Source: Phyllobates terribilis (Eukaryota). Taken from it: a stretch of DNA of 64,000 nucleotides. The DNA lies in the NCBI RefSeq assembly GCF_046119375.1, contig NW_027362762.1:303738001-303802000 (forward strand), read 5' to 3'. The position numbers were made by a program, and so were the translations under genes. The notes below the pieces were generated by a model. It ran no database searches. It worked only from the letters and a program-made list of their open reading frames with translations, and was not told the DNA's origin. Below, one piece after another: positions 1-13,365 of this stretch (within the stretch, counting starts at the first letter, position 1; each line of letters starts with the position of its first letter).

Positions 1-883
1 ATTTATTGAATTTGTCTGGTCCCCACAGAGACCTCATATGTGAGTTGATTTTTCTCTTTTTCTTTTTAAATGCTATTGAATGCAGAACGGAATCATTCTC
101 TCCCATTCTAGTAATTATCGGAACAGTCTATGCTTTTAAGCTCATTTAAAAGTTCAAACCTTCTTCAAGATTTCAGGTCAATATTCTATTCCACATAGTG
201 AAAATCCATGCTCTTGATAATACATATTGTAATTTTTATGGATAAAATATTAACATTTAACATAACCCAAACAATATTGGCCTCTTGGATTTTATAATGT
301 GTTTTGTAATTTGGAAATATCTATTAAGTGACTTATTTTTAAATCAAATATTGTTGTTTTCTGCTACAATATATTATGGAAATTCGGACTTTTAGTTCAT
401 TGTATTTTCTATTTATTAAATATCAAATTACTTTTTATATAACTAGTTGCAAGTTTATTGTAACCAAAACAACATTTTAAGTGAGTGATTGTTATGATGA
501 TATTGCTTATATCTAGTGATGAGCGAACGTGCTCAACACTACTAGGTACACGTCTGAGCATCATGGTGCTTGACAAGCTCGACGAGTATTTCCAGGTTCC
601 TCGGGCTGGATCTCGGGTCCCCGCCCTGCATGTTTGACGCTCTTTAGAGAGCCAATAAACATGCAGGGATTGCTTCCAATGGACTGTAATGACATAGCCA
701 TGTTGGTTGTGGGCATTACAGGGATTGGCTGGCCGCACAGCGTCTTCATGTGTATATAAGACCTGGTGCCGCTATGCTCGTCACAGTCTACCCTGGAAAC
801 AGGCAGAGTAGGGAGAGATGCTGCTGAGTGAAGGAGAGGTTTGCTTGTTTATAGTTAGTATAGGTATTCCACAACATATTTAA

Positions 884-911
884 ATATATATATATAAATA
901 TATATATATAT
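884..911. repeat. (TA)n microsatellite
   Basis: Direct reading: aatatatatatataaatatatatatatat. Confidence 0.85.
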
Positions 912-1544
912 CCATTTGAACTAACAGTCATTCTGAGGACTAATCCAGCTGCATATATTCAGTGGTGATAGCAGGAGTTAGGCAGGAAGGCAGGGTATGT
1001 GGCAGACTGCAGTGCATACAGCACAAGAGGGTCCATAGAACGTTCTGACTGATCCCGCTGTGACAGATATTTGTAGCCATAGCCCCAGATATCAGGGGCC
1101 AGGGCGATTTTTTTTTTATATTAATCCTGGTTATTTGCTTAAAAAGCAAGGCAGTCAGGGTATGTGACAGACTGCAGTGCATGATACAGTAAAAGAGGGT
1201 CCATTGCATGTTCTGACTGCTGCAATTACAGATATTTGTAGACATATCCCCAGGTATCAGGGGCCGATATGGTTTCTCTCTATGCCAGTCCTTTCACCAA
1301 GCTAAAGAATATGGCTGTGGTGAAATACAACTCTCACTGAGAAGCAGTGTCAGGCTGAAAAACATTGGGACCACCAGAGGATTTGATTCTGAGGGTCCAC
1401 CTTTCTCCCCCTCTAAAGAGCCCCATAGCAGCTGAAAAGTTTGCGCTATCATGAACTCTCCTGATGGAGAAGCCAGGGCCCACCCAAGGATTCTCTGCTG
1501 GGCCCGTCCAACCCTGCCGAGAAGCAGTCCTGGCTAAGAAAAGT

Positions 1545-1925
1545 CTATGGGACTGTGGACTGCCTCCAGCAATCTATAAAATTGCAATCTATAAGATCCC
1601 TTCACTGGCTCCCTATTGGCCAGAGACTTCAGTTCAAAACCGTAACCATGACATACCAAGTGATCCACAACCTGTCTCCTCCATATATCTGTGAGCTAGT
1701 CTCCTGGTACATACCTGCACGCAACCTCCTCCTTCTCTACTCTTGTCTTATCACCTCTTTCCACAATCGCATACGAGATTTTTCCCGCGCAACCCTTCTA
1801 CTCTTGAACTCTGTAACCCAACAGATGAGACTCTGTTAAAACCGTTAAAAGCAAGCTGAAGAACCACCTCTTCCGACAAGCCTACAACCTGCAGTAACTC
1901 TCGCTCCACCATACCGCTGCACGTT
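1545..1925 (+). mobile_element. L2-clade LINE 3' fragment (ORF2 C-terminal region)
   Basis: ORF 1555-1839 encodes SLHWLPIGQRLQFKTVTMTYQVIHNLSPPYICELVS, typical of the L2/CR1 ORF2 tail. Near-copy at 6040-6380. Confidence 0.8.
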
Positions 1926-1949
1926 TGAAGGTGTTGTGTATGTGTGTAT

Positions 1950-2084
1950 GCGTTTGGTTTTGGCACCCATTGAATCCAATGACGTTCGGCAATGTTCAGC
2001 GAATATTCAACAATTACTTTGGCGAATATTGCAAAAATGGCGATTGTAATCCAAAACAAATATTGAATTAGTCGCTCGTCTCTA
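1950..2084. mobile_element. One end of a hAT-type MITE (TAGAGACGAGCG terminus on - strand)
   Basis: gtcgctcgtctcta ends at 2084 and resembles the hAT TIR. No partner end found. Confidence 0.55.
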
Positions 2085-2794
2085 ATCAGAAACACCCTTA
2101 AAAAAATTACCCTGGTGATATGGTAGTGGAGGATGAGGAGAAGGATGAGGGCGACATAAAATAGAACAATTTCTGAAGGATATACACATGTCTGACTATG
2201 AAAGGGTGCATGGGAATAGACCCCCCAAAAAATAACCACTGGATTTGAGTTTATGTTTGATGCTATCATCTGATGATGTTGAGAAGTCTGGCCCAATCCC
2301 AATCCAACCCTTGTTCATTTTTAGAAGAGTCAACCTGTCAGCATTTTCAGTTGACGGGCGGATGCGCCTATCAGTTTTATCAGTTATAATGCCCCCGGCG
2401 GCACTAAAAGCCATCTTTGACAAAATGCTAGTGGCCAGGGCCTCCAAGGCGTACAGAGACAGTTCATGCCACTTGTCCAGCTTGGATACCCAACAGTTGT
2501 AAGGCACAGAGACAAAGAGGAATAATGTAGGACGCTTGTATGGTCGCCAAGGTAGTCCTTCAGCATCTTCCCAAATTTTTCCCTCTTTGTCAGAGTACTC
2601 CGAGTATCAGGGCTTGGGTGCTGGGAAGGACTGAGAAAACTGACCCAGACCTTTGACAGTGTTCTCCTGCCTCTGCCGCATCTGGTTTGGGTCTCCCTTG
2701 CTTGTACTCCTTGGCTGTCCAATGAACTGTCTGACTGTGACCTCTGCCGCCAGCATTGTCAGATGGGAATTTTTTTTTGTTATAATTCTTCAAC

Positions 2795-3375
2795 AAGAGC
2801 CTGAACTTAGTATCTCCAAAAATAAACTCCTTCATTTTCCTCCCTCTACTAACCTAACTATGCATGACTTTCTGTTAGGCGGTGCCACCATAACCCCCAC
2901 TTGGCACGCCTGCTACCTTGGAGTAATATTTGACACACAACTTTCCTTTATTCAACATAGAAAATCACTCATTTGACCTTTTCTCACCTTTGATATTGCA
3001 AAAACTCTTAAAAACAAAAACTGTTGCCCTTATTCACTACTGCAACTCTCTTCTAATAGGTCTCTAAACAAACTGTCTCCTATCCAATCCCTTCTGAATG
3101 CTGCAGCCAGGGTCATATTTCTATCAAGCCGCTTCATCAATGCTTCTACCCTGTGCCAGTCATTGCACTGGTTAGGTTAAACAATAACTACAGAATACAA
3201 TACAAACTCATCTCTTTCTCCCACCAAGCTGTCCACAATTCTGCACCGGCCTATATCTCATCCCTCATTTCTGTGTATCATCACCCCTCCCGTGCCCTTC
3301 GTTCTACAACTGGTCAAAGACTGACATCCTCCTTAATCAGAACCTCACACCTGTCTCCAAGAATTCTCTTGCCAG
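2795..3375 (+). mobile_element. L2-clade LINE fragment inserted in hAT transposase
   Basis: Translations LSISKNKLLHFPPS...YLGVIFDTQLSF and YRIQYKLISFSHQAVHNSAPAYISSLIS. The hAT sequence resumes on both sides. Confidence 0.8.
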
Positions 3376-5818
3376 TTTTCTGTAATGCCCAAAATGCATA
3401 CAACATGATGGTCACGGTAAAGGCATCGGAACATAAAGTCGGCCTTGTGTGCCAGACTGTTAACAGCCAAGACTTCCCTGTTTATGTTCTCTTCCTCCTC
3501 CGTCTCCTCATTATCACGCAATCCGCGTTGAGATGAGATGAGGCTGTGCTGAGTAGCTTCACCCTTTATAGTTCCTTGCTCCGCCTGCAATGTCTCCTCT
3601 TTAATTGTGAGCAGCGACCTTTTCAGTAGACAGAGAAACGGGATGGCGATATCGCCACTCACCATCTTGGTGGAGTCCTCAAAGTTTTGGAGAATGGCAC
3701 AGATGTCAGACATCCATGTCCACTAATCAGCTCTTATGTGCGGAGCCTGACCTGAATGCCGATGGACGTGTTTAAGCTGGTACTCAACAAATGCTCTCTG
3801 CTGCTCATAATCATTCCAAACATCTGCAACAATGGTTTCCAAAGCGTAGTCACATGGCACACGAGTTGATGAGTTGGAAGCTGCAAACGTTGCCATAGCC
3901 CTGACAGGGCGGCGGAAACTGTAGCTGATTTTCTGAAATGGGCACACACACGGAATACTTTTACAAGCCGCTCTGGCAGATCTGGGTAGATTTTGAGAAA
4001 CTGCAGAACCACTAAGTTGAGCACATGGGCCAGGTATAATACGTGTTTGTGCTTCCCTAGCTTCAGAGCCGCCACCAGGTTCTCTGATACAGCTTTCAAC
4101 AACTCTGCAATGGTGGGCAGTTTGTTACCTAAGCATACAGTCCTGCTTATTGTTATTGGCACACACGAAGTTTAAGTAAATAATATGGAATATGTCCAAA
4201 AAAATTAATCAAGTGATGCGGATGGAGGCTGAAGAGGAGGAGGAGGAGGTGGTGCAGGAACTGTAGAATGTAGAGGCAACCCTGATTGACCCAGGGCCCG
4301 CAATCCTCTGCGTCAGGAGGACGTGTTCCGTCCCACTGGGTCCTCGGCTTCCACAATATTAACTCAGTGAAATGAGTCAGTGGTATGCACTGTCCCTGGC
4401 CACATTCACTTGTCCACGTGAATGGCCTGTGGGTGGGTGACTGGCTTCATACTTGTGCTTGCATTTTAAGTAACACAAAGCTGAGGAGATGGATGATCCC
4501 ACCATCATGAATAATTTGGTCATTGTCTAGGAGACTGAGCACAATATTAACCCAGTGATGAGTCAGTAAGATGTACCGTCCCTGGCCTTGTTCACTTGTC
4601 CATGTGTTTGTGGTTAGGCAGTCCTTCCCACTTAAGTGCACTGGGGAGGGAACGGGTAATGTTCTGGGACCCGCCCTTGTGGAAGGCGGAGACGATACCG
4701 GGAGAAATAATGGCGGCTGGGGACCGAGTATGAGGTTGTGGAAAGCTTCCGCCTCCACGAGCCTAAAAAGCCACATTTCAAATGCAACAAGCAGTCCAGA
4801 AATGTGACAGTTTTGTATTGCGGCCTGTGGGTGGGTAGTTGGCTGCATACTTGCATTTGCATTCCAAGGACTGTGGTAAGGACAACTGAATGCTGCGAGG
4901 GGACAAGGACGTGGACGATGATGGATTCAAGTCTGTAACAACAGGTGCAGGGCAGGAGACATCTTCGCATGCACCATGGACAGGGGATTAGCGTGCATGT
5001 ACAACAGCGGAAGAGGTAGTGGTATCACCCGCAGGCACCGTTTCTGGACCCTGGCGTTCGGCCCAACTAATCGGTTGCTTTGCTGTCATGTGCCTGAGCA
5101 TGCTGGTGGTGGTGAGGCTGGTAGATTTGGTGCTCTTGCTGATGCTGGCCTAGCAGATGTTGCAAATGGCCATTCTGGGGTTATCTGAACAGTCTTTAAA
5201 AAAGAACCAGACTCGTGAAGACCTAATAGTTGTACTGGCAACTTCCGTCTTGTTGATGTTCCAGGGAGCAGTTGCCCGCCTTGTGTATGTGGTCACCACA
5301 CTGCTTGTTCCTGCCTCTTGTGGTGCTACGCCTACCTCCCCCTGTGTGCTGCAGTACTTGCTCTGAATGTCCCCTTGACAGATTGGGTCAGTGACTTCAT
5401 CGTCCACCGCTTCATCTTCCACTTCTGCACCCTGGTCCTCCTGACTTTCTGTCCATTGTGTCTCATCATTATCCACCTCTTGTAACAGTAATTGTACTTT
5501 CCCACCGTCACTTTCAGGTGACCATGGCTGCTCAAATTGCTACATGCGATCTTCTGTTGCCCTACTTGAAGCTGGCTGGTCGAGAGGCTCAAATCTATCG
5601 ATGGAAAAGTGAACAGCTCTTGGGGTAACCCTGGACTCTAATCTTTCCTTCAAACCACATATTCAAGCTCTTTCCACTTCTGAGAGGACGGAGCGAGAGG
5701 CCAGAATCTATAAATGGAAAGATGAACAAAACAGCTCTTCAGAGTGTCCAAGTGTGGGATCAGTTGTCTCAGGGCACTTGGAATGGTGGGAGGAAGGAGG
5801 ATCATGGTAAGGAAGATG

Positions 5819-6578
5819 CCGACTCCATTAAAAAAAATCTCCCATATTCGCACATTCCTCAATCATGAATCTAAAAAAACACTAGTGCATGCCCTCATCA
5901 TCTCCCTTCTCGATGATTGAAACCTCCTGCTCTGTGGCCTCCCTTCTAAGACTCTCGCATTCCTCCAAACTATCCTAAACTCTTTTGCCCGAGTAATCTA
6001 CCTGTCCCCTTGCTATTCCCTGGTCTCTTCTCTCTGTTAATCCCTTCACTGGCTCCCCATTGCCCAAAGAATCCAGTTCAAAACCCTAACCTTGGCATGC
6101 AAAGCCATCCACAACCTGTCTCCTCTGTACATCTGTGACCTAGTCTCCTGGTATTTACCTGCATGCAACCTCCCAGCCTCACAAGATCTCCTTCTCTACT
6201 CTCCTCTTATCTTCTCTTCCCTCAATCGCATACAAGATTTCTCCTCTGCATCCCCCCTTCTCTGGAACTCTCTACCCCACCATTTCTGACTCTCACCTAC
6301 TGTTGAAACCTTCAAAATGCACCTCAAGAACTACATGCGTACAACCTGCAGTAAACCTCGCTCCACCATACCGCTGCACGACCAGCTCTTTCCTCACCTT
6401 TTGTATCCTCACCCATCCCTTGTGGACTGTGAGCCCTCACGGGCAGTGTCTTCTCCTCTCCTGTACCAGTCACCATCCCTTTTTTGTTCAAGATAATTGT
6501 AATTGTGTTTGTGATGTATACCCCTTTTTTACATGTGAAGCTCCATGGAATAAATGACTCTAAAGTAATAATAATAAT
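5819..6578 (+). mobile_element. 5'-truncated L2-clade LINE with (AAT)n tail
   Basis: KTLVHALIIS..LLLCGLP and SLHWLPIAQRIQFKTL motifs. Ends in taataataataat. The hAT sequence is contiguous across the insertion when compared with 21390-21410. Confidence 0.85.
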
Positions 6579-7705
6579 GTGGTCCAGACTCACGGCTGAC
6601 TGGAGGTGGCAGACTGACTGGAAGCATTATCTGCTATCCACCAAACAACCTTTTCACACTGTTCTGGCTTCAATAGTGGTGTTCCGCGGCCCACTAGAAA
6701 TTGGGACAGGAAGGTAGTTCGACATGACGTGTGTGTTTGTTGTGCTCCCTCAGCAGGCACAGTTTCATCTTGTCCACGGCCTCTGCATGCACTATCACCA
6801 TAACCATAATTTCCACTTCCCCATCCCTTGACACACATCTTGCCCATTTTAAAAGGAATTTAATATTGCCAAAAATGTCTGTATTATTACTGCAGTAATA
6901 TACGATCACATCTCATGTGATAACCACAGTTTTAGGCAGTGACCTGGGAGTCATAGATGTTTCCAGGGGTCTTCCCCATGCTGTTCCCATGTCTTTTCAG
7001 CACTGTATGAATGTGTCTGATCATGTCTCACACACTACATGGCCAGATAAGGTAGAAAAATGTTAAAATGACATTTTCCAGTGAATGCATTTATAACGGT
7101 TGAAAGCAATGCAAAAGTGCAAAAACGCATCAAAAACGCTACGTGTGAACATAGCCCAAGGTGTGGAGGAGCATTTTTGTTTTTGGTTATTTATTTTGCC
7201 TTATATTCAAGTCATTACCCTGAAAAGAATGTTCCTTAACATTTTTACCAGGAAAATCCATTTCGGTTTCATTTTTGTATGTTTTATTGTGAGTCCGTAA
7301 AAGTGGCGTAATACCTCTGACAACATTGTTGACAGCAATGACCTGGAAGTCACAGATGCTTGCAGGGCTCTTCCCCATGCTGATCCCATGTAATTTGAGA
7401 AGTGTTCCCATTGATTTGGGCAATTTTTAGGCCCTCTGCAGACCGCCGGGGGGGGCGCCGTAAAAATGCTCGAGTTTCCCATAGACTTACATTTGGCTCG
7501 TTACTCGAACCGAGCACTCAAGCATTTCAATTTGCTTGACTCGAGCAACGACTACCTGACCATTTTAGTGCTCACTCGTCACTACTTATATCCAGTTGCA
7601 CGGAAATACAATAATGTTTATCTTTAAATATTTATTTTGGTTTTAGAATGTGTTCTAGCAAATAATTATGCTGTTTTCTCACTATCCAAGTGACACAATC
7701 CTTAC

Positions 7706-7807
7706 CACTTCTTGAAATTGGAGCTAACAAGCTCTGTTTGTTAAGAGCACCAAGGAACTGTTCTACTTGAGAATATAGTTGGTTCGTCAGCTGTTTTTTT
7801 ATTTTTG
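7706..7807 (-). CDS. Candidate internal coding exon of an unidentified host gene (102 nt, phase 1-1)
   Basis: Acceptor tctctcttactattttttttacttAG and donor GTAAGG. Open frame (A)KIKKQLTNQLYSQVEQFLGALNKQSLLAPISRS. Lies in non-repetitive DNA. Confidence 0.6.
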
Positions 7808-7959
7808 CTAAGTAAAAAAAATAGTAAGAGAGATTTGCTAAAAACTGGCACAGAGTACTTCATAAATGAGGATCAAACTAAGCTGTGCAATAAAAGATAA
7901 TTTTTTAAAAAACTGCAACATTAGAGTGGCACAAAAGAGATGTTTTTAGAATACAAAAA

Positions 7960-8730
7960 TTGGTATATAAAACATTATGTATATACCCCACATCAAAAAT
8001 TACTATATCTAGTATTATGTATGACTTCCATGACGTATGACACCAAGTATTCTAGGCATGGAATAAACATGGTGGTGATATATTGCAACATTACAGCATC
8101 TATTACTTTTCATTTTTTAAGAAAGACTTCTTTTAGAGTCTTGATGCTGTGTGGGGAGTAATATTCTACTTGTCTTTTCAGAATTCCCCATGGGTGTTCA
8201 ATTAGGCGGAGATAAGAAGACATACTTTGCCACTGAATCACGTTCACCCCATTCTTCAGAATCACAACAGTGGCATCAGATGTTTGTTTTGTATCATTGT
8301 CTTGTTGGAAAAGTGCACGTCTACCAAGGGCATGGATTAATGATAGCATCATATATTTCAATATAGACTGGTACATATATCAATTCATAATACTTGGACA
8401 TCTCTGTGAGATGGTTGCAGCTCTATCTTTGTTAAATTTTGGTATCACTTTAACAACAGTATTCTGAGTGATGAGTAAAACATTGCTGATCTTGTAGCCT
8501 ACACCTGTCTTGTGTAAAGAAATTATTTTCTTTCTGAGGTCTCATGACATTTCTCTTCCATGCGGTTCCATTTCTGACAGAATGAAATGGTAAGGGATTT
8601 TCTTTAAGTGACCCACTTTTATAGTCCACTGTCTGCTGGACACCTGTTTTATAAATAATTAGACTTGTCTGTGATTGAATTAGAATTTTGGTCTAAGCTT
8701 TGATTGGGGTATACTTATTTTTGTAACATG
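7960..8730 (-). mobile_element. Internally deleted Tc1/mariner remnant
   Basis: ORF 8110-8376 gives FQQDNDTKQT...LIEHPWGILKRQVE (decayed DD34E region). N-terminal MEPHGREMS*DLRKKIISLHK near 8570. TIR-like TATACCCC/GGGGTATAC ends; boundaries approximate. Confidence 0.8.
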
Positions 8731-8972
8731 GTCGTGAATAAATTTGTTAGAAAAAATACTTTTATTGGGTGTATAAAATAACAATCTTGTCTGCAATCAA
8801 TGGCCCACATATGAGGGAAAATATTGTAATATGGTATTCAATACAAAATTCTAATTCTGGCAGAAAACTAAACATTTTCTGGCAAATCTGTTGGTCTGTA
8901 CTCATTTATGCTGTGCAATATATATATATATGTAATATATACTGTATATACATATATAAATACTGTATATAT

Positions 8973-9503
8973 TGTGACAGAGTCACTGGTGATATATGTG
9001 AGGGGAGATATGTTTCACTGCGGCTACTAGCTTCAGTGAACTAAACCTACAGATTTCCTCCAGCATGTTATGTGTTGGGGGTTAAACCACTATTTTCAAA
9101 TGGAGTGCTTTTTTGTGAATGACATTGAGAATGGCGGGAAGTCATTCACCATATCTCTACTTCAGGGTGTGGCTGGGCAAATTAAATGCTCAGTCACTGT
9201 TTTTTTTCTCTGTGGCCTGGAGAAGGAAGTCTCAAGAATGTGTGTGTTTGTGGATGTCAGAGAGCTCCACAGAAGGACTTTGTGGTAAAACCCGAATGTG
9301 CTATCCAGAGCGGGCAAAACCCCCCTCACCTATAGACTGTACTATATTTTATGTCTTTGTTTTTCGTTATCCCGGAGAGGACATGTTTATTTTTGTGGAA
9401 CTCTGCTGAGGTTTATGCCGTATCCCAATAAACCAACAGGAAGTTTACCCGAGATGTGTTTCCTGTGTCTGCCTCTGAGAGAGCCGAGGAAGTCGCTTTA
9501 CCA
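8973..9503 (+). mobile_element. Possible solo LTR
   Basis: Starts TGTGAC and ends TTACCA, with AATAAA near 9427. It is a higher-GC island inside a TA-rich tract. The TSD is not clean. Confidence 0.35.
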
Positions 9504-12500
9504 TAATATATATATATCTCAATTGGTAATGCACGTTAAAAGCAAGTACTTTTAAAAATAAAAAGTTAACATTTTCTACAGTGTTGAATACTTTATGTGC
9601 ATTTAATATGACAAATAAATCAACTAACAATTTTAATATGCACTTAATTTCAAGAAAATAACCACTAGATGGCTCCATGGGAGCATCTGAGTAAAATACA
9701 GATCTGAGCTTACATCAACCATTAAATTAGTTTTCCACTAAAAAGATTTTTATTCAAAAGTGCAAAGGATATCATAATGCCAGAGCAAAAATAAAATATT
9801 ATACACTTTGTAACAATAAAAATAAAAAGATTATGGTAAGAAAAAATATATAGATAGGGTTTTCATATGGCAAACCTTTATCATGCTGCATGGCTTTGAT
9901 CTTTGGGGACAGCTGCATTGCTACTGTACCATTGCAAAACTGCAATATACTGTATTTATCGCAAACCCCAATTGTGGTGTCTGTATTTACAGTACATGCA
10001 TCTTCACAAAGTGTTACAATACTTTTTTGTATAAGTAATGAGGGATGAGGAGGTTTTGGACTGAGAACTGTGACAAATATATGTCTTTATGTTAGTGCTC
10101 TGATCCAAATCAAGGCTTCTACCCAAACAATGGAGCATTATATAGTGAAACTATCATGTTGTACATGCAGTCTGATCTGTGGACAGTAAAGTACAGAGAA
10201 GGAGAACCTCAGCAGAATGAAATATAGGTTTCTTGGAAGGATTTTAGTGTTACTTGCATTTTATTCATTGAAATTGTTAGTGTCTGTATGTATTCATGCC
10301 CTGTGTGTGATCGTGATCACTGATTAACAGTTATTTCTGCATACACAGTCATTCTGTATTTTTTTTTATAGCTTATGGTTTTATACATTGGACATTATAT
10401 GGCATTATAAAAAGTGTGCATTACATAACATTTTCAAAAGGAAGATTAATAAGTATTATTTTATTCTTGAGTACCATAATACAAGACTGGAAAAAAATTT
10501 ACAGCAAAACCCCAAATGCAGTATTCAAAATTTGACAATGCTCTTTAGACCCTCTGCTTCCTGCATAAATGTGTTCTTGGAATACAAAAATTGTAACACT
10601 GTGTATTTGAGTATGTTCTGTGACAAGTCACAGATGGAAACATTTATTTCTTAGAATGTACAACAGGCAGTATACCTGAAATACATCTAAAGGCAGTGCC
10701 TTTAAAACCAGTTGTACAGGTAGGAAATAAATCTCAACGAAAAGCTTTTACGTGGCTAACACATGTAACGTGTTTGAAAATGTTCTCTTTCCCTTCATTG
10801 AAATGTGTACATTAACCTCCCTAAAGTGATTTTCACATTTACTAAAACTGATCTGTTGATATAGATGGCATAAGTTGCTGAAACTAGTGATTGGCTGCAG
10901 TGGTGATGTGCACGGTAGTCTTATAATATCAATGCAGCTAAAACACAAGACTTGAGCAGAAGCAGAGAGACAGACCCAGAGAGGCTGAGCAACTGCAGTG
11001 TTTGCTACTTTACATCTGGTACCCAGTTTTGTTAAAGTGGAAACTTCTTTAATTGTCAAATATTTTGAAATTCAGATTCATCAGGTTCGACAAATTTTTG
11101 AAAAATTTGATTTACAGCTACAATTGCCTTGAAAAGACAAGTATAACACTCTGATATCTCTTAGAGCTATATCCAACCACTTTCAAATTTGTTAACAAAA
11201 ATACAGCCATAGTAATGTGAGAGTGACCATAGAAATGAATGGTAACCAACAGCCAATTTAATAACTCAGCAACTAACAGACTTCTCATGTTTTTTTACAT
11301 TAAAAAAAGTCCACAAGTTATTCTTATTAGTAACTTTAAGTCATTTTTTATTAGAGCGCTGACTAAAACTAATGGTATTGCAGTCAGAGCTAACATCGTC
11401 CTAGAGTCGCTAAGACGAGTGATGTGCCATTTATTTCACAGCTTTCCAATACCTACCCACTAATGCAATTTCCATAGGTGAAGGAGGTCAATTGTGGCTT
11501 GCATATGTGAGTGCTTCTGCCTGGATGGTAGCAGCCAGTGTTTCTTGAAGTACTTCTACTGCAGCTAGTGGCAGCCAAATTCTTAAGTGCCCATTGGAAT
11601 TGCCACTTTTTCTTTTAATATACATTTTTTAATTTTTTATAAATAACTTATCTGATACAAAAGACTGTTTACCCAGGTAATTAACAAACCCATCAGCTCA
11701 AGATGTCCAAAATAGATTTTATTATTAAAAAAAAAGGAAAAATGTGTGTCTTCTCAGAAAACTGCTGAAAATGGCCTTTTAACAAAAAAGATTGCTTGTC
11801 AGTGCTTTGGTTATGCTGTTTAAGTCAATTATAGTGCTAGAGGGCCCAAGACATAAGTAGCTTTTTTACAACACATTACCTACAAATATAAAAAAGGTAC
11901 GTCAAATTTTATTTTCTGGTAGAAAAAAATTAAAAACAATAATGTATGATATTGAGTCATTTTCAGTGGATGATTTATATAAACCAATGACTGCTTAAAT
12001 ATCAAAGTGTGAAATAAAGTAAGCCCCTACATGTCACCAATTTATTCTCCTAAAACTTAAAAAAGATCTGTAACAATGTACATTTCTTTGAAATGCCAAG
12101 TAGTCTGTAGTTTAACTTCCTTAAGATTGATTTTCTTACCAAACAAGTGGCATTCCTAAACATCAAGATGTTCACCAGATAATTGCTTTAAGTAAGTGAA
12201 TATTTTTAAAATGGACAAAATCCACCTCTGAATATTTATGTTGGGAATGAAGGAATTATAATTACCCAAATTTATGTTGACGTAGGAGCATCCATTTTAA
12301 GATAGAATTGTATGAAACAGGAAAGTCACTGATTCAAGGGCAGTATAGCAAAGAACATCGCAAAGACCTACAGTATGTACATACAAAATAAGTTAAAAAA
12401 CAGATTATGCGATTATGGGCGATAATAACATTTCTCTGATTCTAAACATGAGAAGGAAAACATAAACAATGCTGTACATGAAAGTGGATAACACACAAAG

Positions 12501-13365
12501 AAAATTAACACTGCGCTAAAAAACTTTTGAATATACACTCATTATTAACAAAAACTGTTTGAGAACGGGTACTGCAAGAACAAGCAATTGATAATTGAAA
12601 ACATTTTTTATAGAAAAGTGCTGAAATACAGTTAAATTGTGAGCGTTATTCCAGTTTGCCACTGCAAGCAGTATGATAAAATACACAATTAGACAGAAAA
12701 CCCGACAAGGGCTTGATGCAGAAAAATGCAAGAAGACCAACCAGGTTATTTAAATAACTATAGTTGTGCTATGTAAATAAATCTTTTATAAAAAGAGCAG
12801 TAACCGGTTTGGTATACACCATAACAATATATGTATGCCAGTACAAATAATGTTGTTACATGATCAAACGTCCAGGGTTTAGATATCAACAGTACTGAAT
12901 GCGATCGTGTACATGGATTAAACACATGTACTAATAAGTGGCACGCACAAGGAATAGTCAGAAATTGATTGTCCGTTGCTTGACTCACTGCGTGTAGGAT
13001 AGTCCTGTGCTGCATATAGTGGGCGCTTCAGACGTAGGTCGCGGCAAAGTTGCAAAAGATTTGTACTTGTCTATTTGGGGTTATACGTTTTACATATAGA
13101 GAATTCAAAAGCCAAATCAATTTCTTGGTTTACTTCTTTTTAATATTCAAAAATAATCCAGTAACTTTTTGAGAAAACATAGTAAGAACCGAAAACACCC
13201 AAAACACTGGGCACAGTGCAAAATCTTCATAACAACTATTAATACTGTACATATCTTAAATGTGGTCAGCTGATAATCAAGTTTTATCAGTTTTACACTG
13301 ATTAGATCATTTACAAAAGGGTATAATTTACAAAAAATATATATAAGATGAGATTGTCAGCTCAC

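Larger units (their letters stand above)
2196..6850 (-). pseudogene. Degenerate hAT transposase (copy 1), interrupted by two L2 fragments
   Basis: Fragments: C-terminal YNCWVSKLDKWHEL...FSAAGGIITDK; LAHVLNLVV (CxxH-like region); TTNTWTSEQGQGRY; BED-finger region FFKDCSDNPRMAICNIC; RG-rich N-terminus at 6590-6847. Confidence 0.88.
514..7584. mobile_element. hAT DNA transposon copy 1 (termini in + orientation, transposase core inverted to - strand, L2 insertions)
   Basis: Left end TAGTGATGAGCGAAC at 514 and right end CACTCGTCACTA at 7584. Perfect 8-bp TSD CTTATATC at 506-513 and 7585-7592. Both ends match those of hAT copies 2 and 3. Confidence 0.92.

Noticed and set aside
29-39. Plus-strand 11-nt micro-exon-like signal (cacAG|AGACCTCATAT|GTGAGT)
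   Set aside because: It is antisense to the better-supported exons, has no partner exon and sits at the window edge.
10095-10228. 43-codon plus-strand open frame, with a strong minus-strand acceptor near 10172
   Set aside because: The minus-strand exon hits stops early in all frames, and the plus frame ends in a stop with no supporting exons.
12131-12380. Minus-strand donor GTAAGA with two possible acceptors
   Set aside because: All frames contain stops.
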